From positions 96,001 through 160,000 of the IMG/VR virus record IMGVR_UViG_3300021958_000023: a stretch of 64,000 bases of DNA. One strand, written 5' to 3'. A program made the position numbers and the translations under genes. The DNA comes from a virus. Its lineage: Duplodnaviria; Caudoviricetes. Under the pieces are notes generated by a model. That model saw nothing but the letters and a program-made list of their open reading frames with translations, did no database searches and was not told the DNA's origin. Positions within the stretch are counted from its first letter, which is position 1; each line of letters starts with the position of its first letter. Shown piece by piece: positions 46,349-56,401 of the stretch.

Positions 46349-46678
46349 TTATGACCACTCAGTTGTTTTTGTATCAAACCAATTATTAGCCATTGTTGAA
46401 ACCTCTGCATCTGTCATAACTACAGGATCTGTTTCTGGATCTTCGCTCTCTGTTGAAAAAGGATTAACAGAGTGCATAGTTAATATTCTAGTATTAAAAG
46501 TTTCTTTTGTAAATACTGTTAAAGTACTAGGAATATAATGTTCTGCACTATCACTAATACATCCAACATAGGTATGATTATTTGAGTTATACCAGTAACC
46601 ACCATCATCAATCCAAATTGGGGTTTTTTTATTATTTGAGCGTGCTCTTACTTTGTGAAGTTTATATTCAACTATCAT
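46349..46678 (-). CDS. Hypothetical protein
   Basis: IVEYKLH...TPIWIDDGGYW; packed ORF. Confidence 0.55.
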   Translation of the reverse strand: MIVEYKLHKVRARSNNKKTPIWIDDGGYWYNSNNHTYVGCISDSAEHYIPSTLTVFTKETFNTRILTMHSVNPFSTESEDPETDPVVMTDAEVSTMANNWFDTKTTEWS

Positions 46679-47567
46679 TTGAATTCTCCTCTAAATCGTT
46701 TTTAGGAAGAAACAGAGCATCCTCATCATAGTGATTTCTTAAGCCTTGTAAACTCATCCTTACTTCGTCTACTTTTAACTGATCAAGAAGTTTTTCGCAC
46801 ATTGCATCTAAAAACTCATACATAGGCTTAATTGTATAGTCATCTATTTTTTGTTCATACTCTAAAAAAGCAGCCATATCTAAATGTATTTTTCCAGGAT
46901 TCACTCCTATTTGTTCTAGATACTCTTGCTCTCCTTTTGTAATTCTTCCACTTTGTCTAACATCTCTTAAACACTGAACTAAGCTTCTTTTTAAGTGTGA
47001 TCTTGCTTCTTCTTTTTCAAAGTCTTGTTCAGTATAATCTTTATAATTTTCTTTTAAATCATCGTACAAATTAGATAAAGTTAATACATCTTTCATAGCA
47101 CCTTCAACATATTTCATTCCATTAGCCATGCCGCTTTTTAGTTGAGCAATATCTATCTCTAACAACTGCTTTTTTAAGACATCTTTTTCTTTATCTAGTC
47201 TCTCTTCTTTTTGTTTTAGTTTAATCTCATTCTTTAAATAATTCCATTTTGCTTCTTCTAGTGCTTCTCTTTTTCTAGTCATTTCTGCACTAACTTGTCT
47301 TAAATTTTTCATTGGAGCTGCATAACTTAAGTTAATATGTCTCCAAGTCCATTGTGAATGAGATCTGTTCCAAATTCTTTCAGTCTCTGCAACATTAGCT
47401 ATAGCTATGTCTACTTTTTTTGCATTTTCTGCTAGTGTCAAGTTGCCAAAACTTTTAACATTAGCCATATCACTAGTGTTAAAAACCTCAGAAATAGTAA
47501 CACCTCTAGCTTCTTCAGCTACTTGTACTAAATCTTTATTATCTTTTGTTATTGTAATATCAGCCAT
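46668..47567 (-). CDS. Coiled-coil hypothetical protein
   Basis: NRSHSQW...LRQVSAEMTRKREALEEA...GRITKGEQEYLEQIGVNP. Confidence 0.55.
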   Translation of the reverse strand: MADITITKDNKDLVQVAEEARGVTISEVFNTSDMANVKSFGNLTLAENAKKVDIAIANVAETERIWNRSHSQWTWRHINLSYAAPMKNLRQVSAEMTRKREALEEAKWNYLKNEIKLKQKEERLDKEKDVLKKQLLEIDIAQLKSGMANGMKYVEGAMKDVLTLSNLYDDLKENYKDYTEQDFEKEEARSHLKRSLVQCLRDVRQSGRITKGEQEYLEQIGVNPGKIHLDMAAFLEYEQKIDDYTIKPMYEFLDAMCEKLLDQLKVDEVRMSLQGLRNHYDEDALFLPKNDLEENSNDS

Positions 47568-47579
47568 GTTCCCCTCATT

Positions 47580-48149
47580 CTATGATATATTAAAACTTAT
47601 TGAAATTCTATCTTCTGTATTTTCATTGGGCTCAACATAATGTTCTAACCATGATGGAAATATTATACAAGCTCCTGACTCTGGTGTCAACCCATAATTT
47701 TTAACTCTAATTCTGCTGGTCTCTGACCTACTAGCGGGATTGACTAAAATTAATCTGCCACAATTTTCTGGAACCCTTACATAATATACACCGCTAAGCT
47801 GTCCACTGTGTACATGGTGAGCATTATAGGAGTATTGTGAATTTATATTTAACCACATAGAATCTATATTTAAAGGAGCTTTTGTTCTCTCAGAAAACTC
47901 TTCTGCTATTCCAAAACTAATTTCATCTAACTTATCTATTAAAGGATGCAATAATTCTTTATACTCTTCAAAGATATAATCATGACTTTGCCAGCCTAAA
48001 AAATTAGAACGTTTTTTACCTTTTGAACTATTTTTTAACCAGTAAGCAAACTTAATTAGTTCTGTATTAAAAGATCCATAATTAGGCAGTTTAAACCCCC
48101 AAATCGGTATGGGCATTATGTTTTCTAAAAAATCATTATGGTTTATCAT
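47580..48149 (-). CDS. 2OG-Fe(II) oxygenase (HxH type)
   Basis: SNFLGWQS, WLNIN, HVH..LSGVYYV, FPSWLEHYV.PN...RISISFN. Confidence 0.85.
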   Translation of the reverse strand: MINHNDFLENIMPIPIWGFKLPNYGSFNTELIKFAYWLKNSSKGKKRSNFLGWQSHDYIFEEYKELLHPLIDKLDEISFGIAEEFSERTKAPLNIDSMWLNINSQYSYNAHHVHSGQLSGVYYVRVPENCGRLILVNPASRSETSRIRVKNYGLTPESGACIIFPSWLEHYVEPNENTEDRISISFNIS

Positions 48150-48760
48150 CTAAAATGAGTATATCCTTGAACCCAAATAACTAAAGACCACCTTGTTCCT
48201 CTAGTAACAGGGGTTACTCTATGTCTCATATAACTCGGAAATAAAATAACACTGCCTCTGTCTTTTGGCATAGTCACTGGCTGACCTTCATCAACCTGTA
48301 ATTCTCCTCCTTCATAATCAGAGGGGTCAGAGAGCTGTACTACCATAGAGATTTTTCTTCCATAAGAATTACCTCCTCCTACATCAATATGCCAATCATA
48401 GTGTTGTTTAGTCTCATTACTTGTGTACTCTAGAAGTTGTAACCCATGCATAATACCTGCAATTTCAAAATCAAAATGATGTTGATTAGTTACATCCGCT
48501 ATAAACATCATTTTTTCAAATAGACCATTTGTTTTTTCGTTGATGAAAATATTACGAACATAAACGTCACGAGTTTCTCTTCTAATTTCACCTCCGTTTT
48601 CTCCTACAGAGGCAAATTCTGGATATTCGTTTTTACCATATTCAATAACCCAATCACACTCATCTGGAGTAAAATACATTTCTCTTTTAGAGTGTTCAGC
48701 ATTATGAAACACAAATCCAGGAGTTCTAGGTTTTTGTCTTGGAGCCATAAACTTTGCCAT
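48146..48760 (-). CDS. 2OG-Fe(II) oxygenase (PKHD/prolyl-hydroxylase-like)
   Basis: YDWHID, RKISMVVQLSDP.DYEGGEL, FPSYMRHRVTPVTRGTRWSLVIW. Confidence 0.88.
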   Translation of the reverse strand: MAKFMAPRQKPRTPGFVFHNAEHSKREMYFTPDECDWVIEYGKNEYPEFASVGENGGEIRRETRDVYVRNIFINEKTNGLFEKMMFIADVTNQHHFDFEIAGIMHGLQLLEYTSNETKQHYDWHIDVGGGNSYGRKISMVVQLSDPSDYEGGELQVDEGQPVTMPKDRGSVILFPSYMRHRVTPVTRGTRWSLVIWVQGYTHFR

Positions 48761-49506
48761 TATTCACCTACCTTAAACTCAAATTTTTCTGGAAGAGGCT
48801 TCTTTTCTTGAGTAGTTTCCCAAGGCTTTTTTGATAAGTTATCGTACATACTATGTAGTTCTTGAGACTCTTCCCAAGGTTTTTTTACTATAGTACGATT
48901 ACCAGTTTTTGGAATTCCAAGAGAGGTTCTTCCGTCAAACTTACATTCTTGTGCATACGGACCGTTTGCATCTACATAGTGAAAAAATACTTGAGCTTGC
49001 CAATCGCCTCGATATTCTGGTCTCCAATGAGGCACTTCACAGCCTCTGTATAACATCATCTCTCCAAGACCAATTTCTATTTTTTTGCCGACCTTATCTT
49101 CATCATCTTTGCCTACATAGATAGGCCAAATAGGTTCACCTTCTTTAATACCGATAGTCATTGTACCAGAAATTTCACATGACGGACGATCTTTATGATA
49201 CTCTAAAACTTCTCCATTTTGATAAATACGAGAGTATGTATACGCCGGTATTAATGATACTCCGATTAGATTACTTAAAGGAGCAGCTAGTCTCGCTAAA
49301 AGAGTGTCAAATAATGGATCTCCATAAATAGACCAAGATTTTGGACACTGTTTATCGTCTCCTCCTAAAGATACAGGTGGGACTAAAAGTCCCGCATCTC
49401 TTTTTACAAATAAATAATCAGTCATAAGAGAACACACCTCATGACTGACTACATCATTAAAAAGTATATATTTTTGATTTTTAAATACTTCTGCTATATT
49501 ACTCAT
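48760..49506 (-). CDS. 2OG-Fe(II) oxygenase-like protein
   Basis: PAYTYSRIY..G..L..HKDRPSCEIS, YRGCEVPHWR, QVFFHYVDANG. Confidence 0.78.
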   Translation of the reverse strand: MSNIAEVFKNQKYILFNDVVSHEVCSLMTDYLFVKRDAGLLVPPVSLGGDDKQCPKSWSIYGDPLFDTLLARLAAPLSNLIGVSLIPAYTYSRIYQNGEVLEYHKDRPSCEISGTMTIGIKEGEPIWPIYVGKDDEDKVGKKIEIGLGEMMLYRGCEVPHWRPEYRGDWQAQVFFHYVDANGPYAQECKFDGRTSLGIPKTGNRTIVKKPWEESQELHSMYDNLSKKPWETTQEKKPLPEKFEFKVGE

Positions 49507-49538
49507 TATAATCTCCCCTCAATTTTGGATTATATGTT

Positions 49539-49567
49539 ATTATATATTAAAAATTTTATCTAGTCAA
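49539..49567 (-). promoter_or_regulatory. Sigma70-type promoter for oxygenase/terminase operon
   Basis: TTGACT-N17-TATAAT. Confidence 0.7.
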
Positions 49568-49580
49568 GACTAATCATACT

Positions 49581-50471
49581 TTAACTTACAGATGGTAGAT
49601 GTCGTATCTCTACTTTTGTGTTTGCTACAATAGGAGAGGTATTATTAAGTGTTAAAGTAGTTCCGCTAGTTACATAGTTATTTGCAGGTGTTTGCAATAT
49701 ACCACCAACTGTTACCATGATGGCAGAAGCTGAGGAGGGGGTCTCAGTCATAGTAAAGGTATTAGCTGTTCCATCTGCTGTATAAGAGTCGTTAGTTAAA
49801 TTAGAAGTTGATGTTGATGTTATTAAATACCTTGCTTCAATTTCTGTATTAGCTACAATTGGAGCAGTATTACCGATTGTTAGGGTTGTTGCTGATGTAA
49901 AATAATCATCATTTGGACTTTGTAATAACCCATCAATTGCTACAAACATATTAGTTGCATTAGCTACACTACGAGACATGGTAAAAGTATTAGAACTACC
50001 ATCGGCAGTAAACAGTTGTGACGCAAATTGATATGCTAAAGATACAGAAGTTGCAGAGACTGTAACAATTTGTGAGTTACCACTTGTCGGAGTAGCGTTT
50101 AAACCACCGCTAAAAATCAGAGAAGCTACAGCTGAATTAATTACTCCTGAAGCATTTTCTACTTTTACAGATCCTCCAGCACTGGCAATAGCTGAATTAG
50201 CATAAGAAGCAAACGAGTCTAGATTACCAGAAACATAGTTTACTCCGGTAGTTAAATTAGATTGTACAGTATTTAAATTAGTATCAAGAGCAAACGAAGA
50301 GTTAGCATATGAAGCAAAAGAGTCTAAGTTAGATTGAATTAGTCCAGAATTACCTCCTCCAGACACATACTCAACAGAATCATTTGCACTCACATAAGAC
50401 AACACTGCTCCGTCAAAAGCATTTGCATTAGATAACAGTTTTAAATTAACTCTTTTTAATGATGTTGTCAT
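49581..50471 (-). CDS. Virion fibre-associated protein with two C-terminal beta modules
   Basis: SFASYANS repeats; ADG..NTFTM...V.IDGLLQ.P..DY..S.TTLT...EARY module twice. Confidence 0.6.
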   Translation of the reverse strand: MTTSLKRVNLKLLSNANAFDGAVLSYVSANDSVEYVSGGGNSGLIQSNLDSFASYANSSFALDTNLNTVQSNLTTGVNYVSGNLDSFASYANSAIASAGGSVKVENASGVINSAVASLIFSGGLNATPTSGNSQIVTVSATSVSLAYQFASQLFTADGSSNTFTMSRSVANATNMFVAIDGLLQSPNDDYFTSATTLTIGNTAPIVANTEIEARYLITSTSTSNLTNDSYTADGTANTFTMTETPSSASAIMVTVGGILQTPANNYVTSGTTLTLNNTSPIVANTKVEIRHLPSVS

Positions 50472-50474
50472 TTA

Positions 50475-52010
50475 TTATACCTCAGATAGTAACCAGCCTT
50501 GTGCTGTATTATAATACACTAACATAAAAGCAGCTCTATTTTGATTTACTGTAATATCGTCAGCCTGTCCCATTATATTAGAAGAATTTCTAGCGATAGT
50601 TATATTATTTGTTTCTGATGATCCTGTTGCGTCAATAACTCTTACAGAATTACCCATACTAGGAGAGCTTGGAAGAGTCATTGTGATTGTTTGAGAAGAA
50701 CAATCAACAAAGTATGCTTTACCAGCCGACATTGTAGTATTAGAAGCAGCCTCTACCCAATAATATCCTGCAGAAGGGGATATGATATTAGAAGCATGAA
50801 TATTATTCCAATTGTAAGTCTCCGATCCTAAATCATAAGTAGAACCAAGTGTTGGTAATAGGTTTGCAGTTTTAACAGTTATAGAATGTACATTACTGGT
50901 AAGTATTTGAGAATTAGAAGCATAAGCTTGAATACTCACTACTCCTGTTTCAGAAAGTTGTCTAATATCTACTTCAGTGCCTGTAGGAGGAGCAGAAGCA
51001 AAAGTTAAAGTTGTTGTATTTACAGTATAGTCTGAAACTGGTCTTTGTAATAAACCATCTACAGTAACTAGAATATTATGAGCATTAGAAGCTGTTGAAG
51101 GTAAGGTATAGTTTACAGTTGCTCCATCACCAGTACTAGTTGAAGTAGCTGTTACAGTATTACCCCCTCCAGAGCCTGAAAAAGTAGTATTTGCATAAGT
51201 TGCAAAAGCTGATAAGTTACCTTGAACTAAGTCGGCATCTCCACTACCGCCACCGCCACCGCCAGAAAAAGTAGCATTAGCATAGGTTGCATAAGCATCT
51301 AGATTACCTGCAATTACATTAATGTTTGTGTTTGCACCAGATAATCCAAAAGATACGCCATCTACATTAGCAGATACTGTATTTAAATTGGTATCTGTAG
51401 CAAATGTTGAGTTTGCATAAGATCCTAAAGTATCTACTTCAGTGCCTAAACTAGTAACAGTAGATTCTAGAGTAGATAAATTAGACTGTACAGTATTAAT
51501 ATTTGTATTAGCAGATGTTATAGCGTGTTCTACATTACCAAAACGTTCTGATGTGTTACCTGATGCTATATCAAGAGTTAAAGTATGACTGCTATGAGGA
51601 GAAGTCATATGGAAACCAGAGCCATCTGCTGTTTCAAAAATATGAACGTTACCAAGATGTAGAGATGCACCGCTTAACCATAAATCAGACCAAAGATGAT
51701 CTGGAGAACCTAGAGCATACTCAATGTTACCAGAAGGAACTAGATTAGCATTTACTACAGTAATAGCTGTAGTATTAGAGGTTATTAAAGAGGATAAGTT
51801 AGACTGTACTGTATTTAAATTTGTGTTTGTAGCAAATGTTGAGTTTGAGTAGCTAGCAAACGAGTCTAGATTAGCATTAACTAGATTAGCGTCAGAAGAA
51901 TTAGTTGCTACAAATTCAACAGAGCTATTCGCACTTACATAAGTAAGCACGTCACCTTCTGAAGCACCTATTGTGCTAAGTAAACTTGCATCAATTCTTG
52001 TTATAGACAC
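50475..52010 (-). CDS. Virion fibre protein
   Basis: YANxTF repeats, LGS....W motifs, beta module, C-terminal TLP.SP..G..V..ID...NNITI.RN...GWLL.EV domain. Confidence 0.65.
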   Translation of the reverse strand: MSITRIDASLLSTIGASEGDVLTYVSANSSVEFVATNSSDANLVNANLDSFASYSNSTFATNTNLNTVQSNLSSLITSNTTAITVVNANLVPSGNIEYALGSPDHLWSDLWLSGASLHLGNVHIFETADGSGFHMTSPHSSHTLTLDIASGNTSERFGNVEHAITSANTNINTVQSNLSTLESTVTSLGTEVDTLGSYANSTFATDTNLNTVSANVDGVSFGLSGANTNINVIAGNLDAYATYANATFSGGGGGGSGDADLVQGNLSAFATYANTTFSGSGGGNTVTATSTSTGDGATVNYTLPSTASNAHNILVTVDGLLQRPVSDYTVNTTTLTFASAPPTGTEVDIRQLSETGVVSIQAYASNSQILTSNVHSITVKTANLLPTLGSTYDLGSETYNWNNIHASNIISPSAGYYWVEAASNTTMSAGKAYFVDCSSQTITMTLPSSPSMGNSVRVIDATGSSETNNITIARNSSNIMGQADDITVNQNRAAFMLVYYNTAQGWLLSEV

Positions 52011-52040
52011 TTATTAATTTCTCCTATGCCATTATTTTTT

Positions 52041-52069
52041 ATTATACTGTAATTAATTTTAGTTGGCAA
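52041..52069 (-). promoter_or_regulatory. Sigma70-type promoter
   Basis: TTGCCA-N17-TATAAT. Confidence 0.7.
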
Positions 52070-52094
52070 ATATTATAAATTTAACCCTTAATTA

Positions 52095-52394
52095 TTATCC
52101 AATCCATACTTGTGTTGGAGCACTGCTACTTTCTGATACAGTTACATTTGACCAAGGCTTAGATTGTAATATACTATTTCCTATTATTACATTTGACACT
52201 ACGTTAATAGTATAAGATTCAATATTATAACTTGCCTGAGCAGGAAGAGTAGCAACATTTATACTGAGTCTTGTAAGAGTATTACTATAGTTTATAGTAG
52301 TTGGAATAGATATTGCATTGGCCACAACATTAGTTAATACATTAGCTGTAGCATTAGAGTATGCTAAACGATCTGTAGAAGCATTCCAAGTCAT
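52095..52394 (-). CDS. Small putative virion protein
   Basis: S/T/N/V-rich, within the fibre cluster. Confidence 0.5.
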   Translation of the reverse strand: MTWNASTDRLAYSNATANVLTNVVANAISIPTTINYSNTLTRLSINVATLPAQASYNIESYTINVVSNVIIGNSILQSKPWSNVTVSESSSAPTQVWIG

Positions 52395-52395
52395 A

Positions 52396-53526
52396 CTATT
52401 CTATCCTTACAGCATAAGTTACACAATCTTGTGACTGTTTTATCAGCATATAATTATCTCCATTTTCATCTTGAACTATCTTTCCGTCATTATGTTTTTG
52501 ATTTTGATAAGCAGTAGCTTCCGTGGTATTAATTAATGCACTGTCTGTATAATAGTAGAGACCTTCCATAGTTTGATAAGGAATTCCTCTGAAAGGATTA
52601 AATAGTATAACTGGTGTTAGTGAACCAATCTTATTACCCGAAGAATCTCTTGTAGGTATCATTTGTGTATATGTGTTAACACTATTAAAGTAATGATGAG
52701 GCCCTATTCTCCAAGGAATTATATTACTATTGTTAGAGGGATTTGTCCCATTAACAGTATAATATGTACCTGTACTTTGAAGATAGTAATTATTATATTG
52801 TCTACCTGCGTCTGGAGTTAGATGATATGCTATAAAATCCCAGTGATATGGAGTTGTTCCTGTTCCTACTGCAGATGATGTAGCGCCTGTTGCACTTTTA
52901 TAGAAACCAATAGAGTTAAATTGGTCATTTGCAGCAGCTAAAAAATGATCAGGAGTTCCAGCTAAGTCTGCTACTCCACAAATACGTTCAAATCCAACAC
53001 CTTTTGTATGATTAGACCAAAAAAACACATATTTACTAGTTACAGACACATGCCACCAATCAGCCTCATCTGGTTCACTATTATTAAACCAAGCTCCGTA
53101 ATTAGAACTGCTTGATGTGCTTTTTGTGTAAGTTAGATAATTTTCAGCCATTACTTCTGTGGCGCTATCTGCATCATATAAAGACATAAAAGGAGCCCAG
53201 TTATTATAATTAGTTTGTGTGTTCTTTCTCTTAATATGAAATCGTTTTTTAAACGATCTACCTGTTTTAGGACTATCAGCTTGCCAACTTCCGCCAAAAT
53301 CGTAAGTGCTGGTAGAAGCATAAAAAGCAGTATTAGACCACCCTCCTGCTTCTGTATTAGAAACTACTTCAAGTGCTACTATTTCTCCTTGTCCTGAGCT
53401 TGAGTTTAAAGCAGTCACATTAGCTGTTGCTCCTGCCTCAGCTCTCATTGCCCAATCTACTGCAGTAATAAGCCCTGCTCCTCCATCACAATTACCATTG
53501 TCTTGAACTTTAACTTTTATATACAT
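52396..53526 (-). CDS. Putative virion structural/adhesin protein
   Basis: S/T/N/Y-rich beta protein in the fibre cluster; loosely paralogous to 53528-54589. Confidence 0.5.
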   Translation of the reverse strand: MYIKVKVQDNGNCDGGAGLITAVDWAMRAEAGATANVTALNSSSGQGEIVALEVVSNTEAGGWSNTAFYASTSTYDFGGSWQADSPKTGRSFKKRFHIKRKNTQTNYNNWAPFMSLYDADSATEVMAENYLTYTKSTSSSSNYGAWFNNSEPDEADWWHVSVTSKYVFFWSNHTKGVGFERICGVADLAGTPDHFLAAANDQFNSIGFYKSATGATSSAVGTGTTPYHWDFIAYHLTPDAGRQYNNYYLQSTGTYYTVNGTNPSNNSNIIPWRIGPHHYFNSVNTYTQMIPTRDSSGNKIGSLTPVILFNPFRGIPYQTMEGLYYYTDSALINTTEATAYQNQKHNDGKIVQDENGDNYMLIKQSQDCVTYAVRIE

Positions 53527-53527
53527 A

Positions 53528-54589
53528 TTACGCTCCTGTTGGTATTAAATAGCAAGAATTTTCTGTGGCCTCGCTATTATTATAAGTAGCACCGCCTGTT
53601 TTATGAAACATCCACACAGCATACTCCACACCATTATAATTAATTAAGGTTCCTGGTTGTGCTATATCATCCGTAGTTCTATAAAGATCTTTTAATCTTG
53701 CAAAAAGAGGAAATGAATTTGTAGCGCCTTGATAAGGCATTAACATAACTGGAATTCTTTGATGTGCTTTTCCAGAGGATAAAGGTAATGAAGTAATGTT
53801 GTGTATTGCCCTTGGGTATATTGCTATATAGTTTACTCCATAATGTGTTTGTACTGTGTCGTGATACGTCTGACTAATGCTACTAGCTGATTGAATAGCA
53901 TCTGCAGATGTAAGATATGTTGAGTTACTTACTACAAAGTAACTATCTGTATTAGATTGAGTAGCATTATTAAACTGACCAACATTGACATCGCCCATAA
54001 ATATAGTAGGACAGGTATTAGTGTCAGATGAGTATGCCCAATCATCATAATCAGATTTAGGATAATCAAACATACCCAATGAACAAGCATTTTCTGCACT
54101 ATTGCCATCAATTATTTGAATGAGAAATATTGATTCACTAATCCACATAAAACAAGTTGGAGTTTGGTTATAGTCTACATCCATTGTTTGTGTGGCGGAG
54201 GTGGTAACAGAATAGCCTGATGTCGAATTAGTAGGAACTAGATTAGTACCTCCTGCACTTGCCATTCTTGCTCGCCAATCATAAGTACCTGAAACTGTAT
54301 CATATAGATAAAAAGTTCTATAAGCTGTCATCTCTGAGTGTTTTTTAAGAAACTGTAAAGTATTATCAGAATTGGAGGATGTATTGGTATTTTTGCTCAC
54401 ACTAGAATAATAACCTGTAGGCACTGTTCCTCTAAATACAGAACCATTAACATCTGCATAGGTTGAATTAAAACCAGATGTAGCGGTTATAGTGCCTTCT
54501 AAAATGTCTTTTATATCTTCAAAAAATGCATTGATTGTTGTTGCACTTTTTGATAGTCCTGATTTAAACTGATATTTAATAAATGCCAT
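53528..54589 (-). CDS. Putative virion structural/adhesin protein
   Basis: Composition and position; similar start (FIKY vs YIKV) and similar C-terminal organisation to its neighbour. Confidence 0.5.
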   Translation of the reverse strand: MAFIKYQFKSGLSKSATTINAFFEDIKDILEGTITATSGFNSTYADVNGSVFRGTVPTGYYSSVSKNTNTSSNSDNTLQFLKKHSEMTAYRTFYLYDTVSGTYDWRARMASAGGTNLVPTNSTSGYSVTTSATQTMDVDYNQTPTCFMWISESIFLIQIIDGNSAENACSLGMFDYPKSDYDDWAYSSDTNTCPTIFMGDVNVGQFNNATQSNTDSYFVVSNSTYLTSADAIQSASSISQTYHDTVQTHYGVNYIAIYPRAIHNITSLPLSSGKAHQRIPVMLMPYQGATNSFPLFARLKDLYRTTDDIAQPGTLINYNGVEYAVWMFHKTGGATYNNSEATENSCYLIPTGA

Positions 54590-54590
54590 T

Positions 54591-54872
54591 TTAATCTCCT
54601 AACCCTGCTATGATCCTTGTGGCATCAGCAGGAACTGTAGGAGATTCGTCAGGGCTTGGTGTTATAACAATTAGATAATATTGTTGACCTCTGTCGCCTA
54701 CAGTAGTTTCTAAATTAACAATGCCAACATGGTCTGTAATTGGATTCTCAGCCATATAGTTATGCTTATCATTTCTAGAACCATCAGTTACATGGTAGAT
54801 AAAATACCCTAAGTTTTCATCATATTCTGTAACTGATGAAATAAAATCAATCTCTTCTTGTGTTAATGCCAT
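54591..54872 (-). CDS. Hypothetical acidic protein
   Basis: AGGAG RBS; packed ORF. Confidence 0.5.
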   Translation of the reverse strand: MALTQEEIDFISSVTEYDENLGYFIYHVTDGSRNDKHNYMAENPITDHVGIVNLETTVGDRGQQYYLIVITPSPDESPTVPADATRIIAGLGD

Positions 54873-54886
54873 TTTTCTCTCCTTAA

Positions 54887-56398
54887 TTATTCTGAATATT
54901 TAATAGTAACATTTAAATCTGCTCCAGCAGTAGTACTGCCAATTCCTGTAACGTCAACTGTAAAATAGTCTCCTTCTGAGACTGTAATACTGGTCGCATT
55001 AGAAGCAACACTAGTATTGTCAGAAACTCTGATTATGCTATTTGAAACTCCATTTCTTTTTACATCTACAACTACGTCTGAACCTACAGGAGCTGTTGCA
55101 ACTCGAGCAACTACGTTTGATACTGTAAGATTAAAAGGAGCAAACCACTTAACTGTTCCAGTAGTTATTGCTAGTGTACCAGCTTGTGAAAGTTGAACAG
55201 AAGCGTTTGAACTAGGCGGAATAGCACCGGCTTTTAACCACTGATTTGTTTTCCAAATATACAGACTTTCTGTATCTTGAGCAAAAGCAATATCACCGTC
55301 TGTATTATCTAACTGTGGAAGATAAGACTCTGTAGAATAAATTTCAACTGAAGCAACTAACGACGTTCCATCTGGAGCAACTAAAGTAGCTGTACCTGCT
55401 ACTTCTTTAATCTTATCTTCAAAGCTTGGAGTATTTTCTACATAAGTAGATAGGTCCTGCGCTCCCCATTTACCTGACACAGCATCATAGACTAAACACA
55501 TCTGGCTTGCTAGTTCAGGAAGCGGTCTAATTTCAATTTTTTGTGAATGACGTTCTTGTGAATGTTGACCATAGATTACATAGTTATTTTGCGCATTTAG
55601 TTCTACTTCTAGATCTTGTATTCTTATTGCACCTCTCATAGACCCATGATTACCACACTGGTAGTATAAAGTATCTGGAGCATCAGCTCCTACATTAAAT
55701 ATAACTGTGCCTGATTGTGTTCTTGAATTAGTTACATTAGAAGTAAATTCTCCTACATATTGTCCTGATACAAAGCCTGTTCCGTTATCCTCTGTGATAT
55801 AAAAAGGATGACCAGTAGCATTTACTTTAAATATATACGTACCGCCTCTGTATAAAGGACCTAATGTTTGATTTTCTCCTTGTGCATTTGCAGAAAAACT
55901 GTATGCACCGGCTGCATTATTAGTTACTACATAGGTTATTTCTGGAGCTGTTAAAGTAGGCGGTGTAATGACCGAAGGAACTGTAAAAGCTATTCTTGCA
56001 ACATTTGTTGTATTACCACTGTTTATAGCTGGATTACTAGCCGACGCATAACTGTAAGTTGGCCAACTAACTAAGTTATCATCTCCTGCTCCTTCAATCC
56101 ACTTAAGTTTAAAAGCATGAGTCTGTGTCATCTCGTCGTGAATTTCGTTTGCATAATTATCAATTTGATAGATGCCTTGTTTATAAATAGGAACAGTTGT
56201 AAATACCTCGTTTTGTACAGTTCTTCTTGCAAAAGGTAGTGCAGAACGTTCCCAAGTCCACTTCCATGTTCCATGACCGCCAGCAGTATTTGAGTCTACA
56301 TTTAATACTAGTTGTTCTGGTTCAACACTAGTTGAAAACTGTAAAAAGTCTGGTGAACTTTGAACTCCGTCATAAGCAATTTCATTATATCTTGGCAT
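54887..56398 (-). CDS. Putative virion protein with cupredoxin-like domain
   Basis: LYRGGTYIF...GHPFYI...APDTLYYQCGNHGSMRGAI (His, Cys, His, Met ligand pattern). Confidence 0.6.
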   Translation of the reverse strand: MPRYNEIAYDGVQSSPDFLQFSTSVEPEQLVLNVDSNTAGGHGTWKWTWERSALPFARRTVQNEVFTTVPIYKQGIYQIDNYANEIHDEMTQTHAFKLKWIEGAGDDNLVSWPTYSYASASNPAINSGNTTNVARIAFTVPSVITPPTLTAPEITYVVTNNAAGAYSFSANAQGENQTLGPLYRGGTYIFKVNATGHPFYITEDNGTGFVSGQYVGEFTSNVTNSRTQSGTVIFNVGADAPDTLYYQCGNHGSMRGAIRIQDLEVELNAQNNYVIYGQHSQERHSQKIEIRPLPELASQMCLVYDAVSGKWGAQDLSTYVENTPSFEDKIKEVAGTATLVAPDGTSLVASVEIYSTESYLPQLDNTDGDIAFAQDTESLYIWKTNQWLKAGAIPPSSNASVQLSQAGTLAITTGTVKWFAPFNLTVSNVVARVATAPVGSDVVVDVKRNGVSNSIIRVSDNTSVASNATSITVSEGDYFTVDVTGIGSTTAGADLNVTIKYSE

Positions 56399-56401
56399 CT
56401 T

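Noticed and set aside
52022-52032. Mini-ORF ATG GCA TAG just after the promoter
   Set aside because: Overlaps the AGGAG SD of the downstream gene; probably incidental and cannot be supported.
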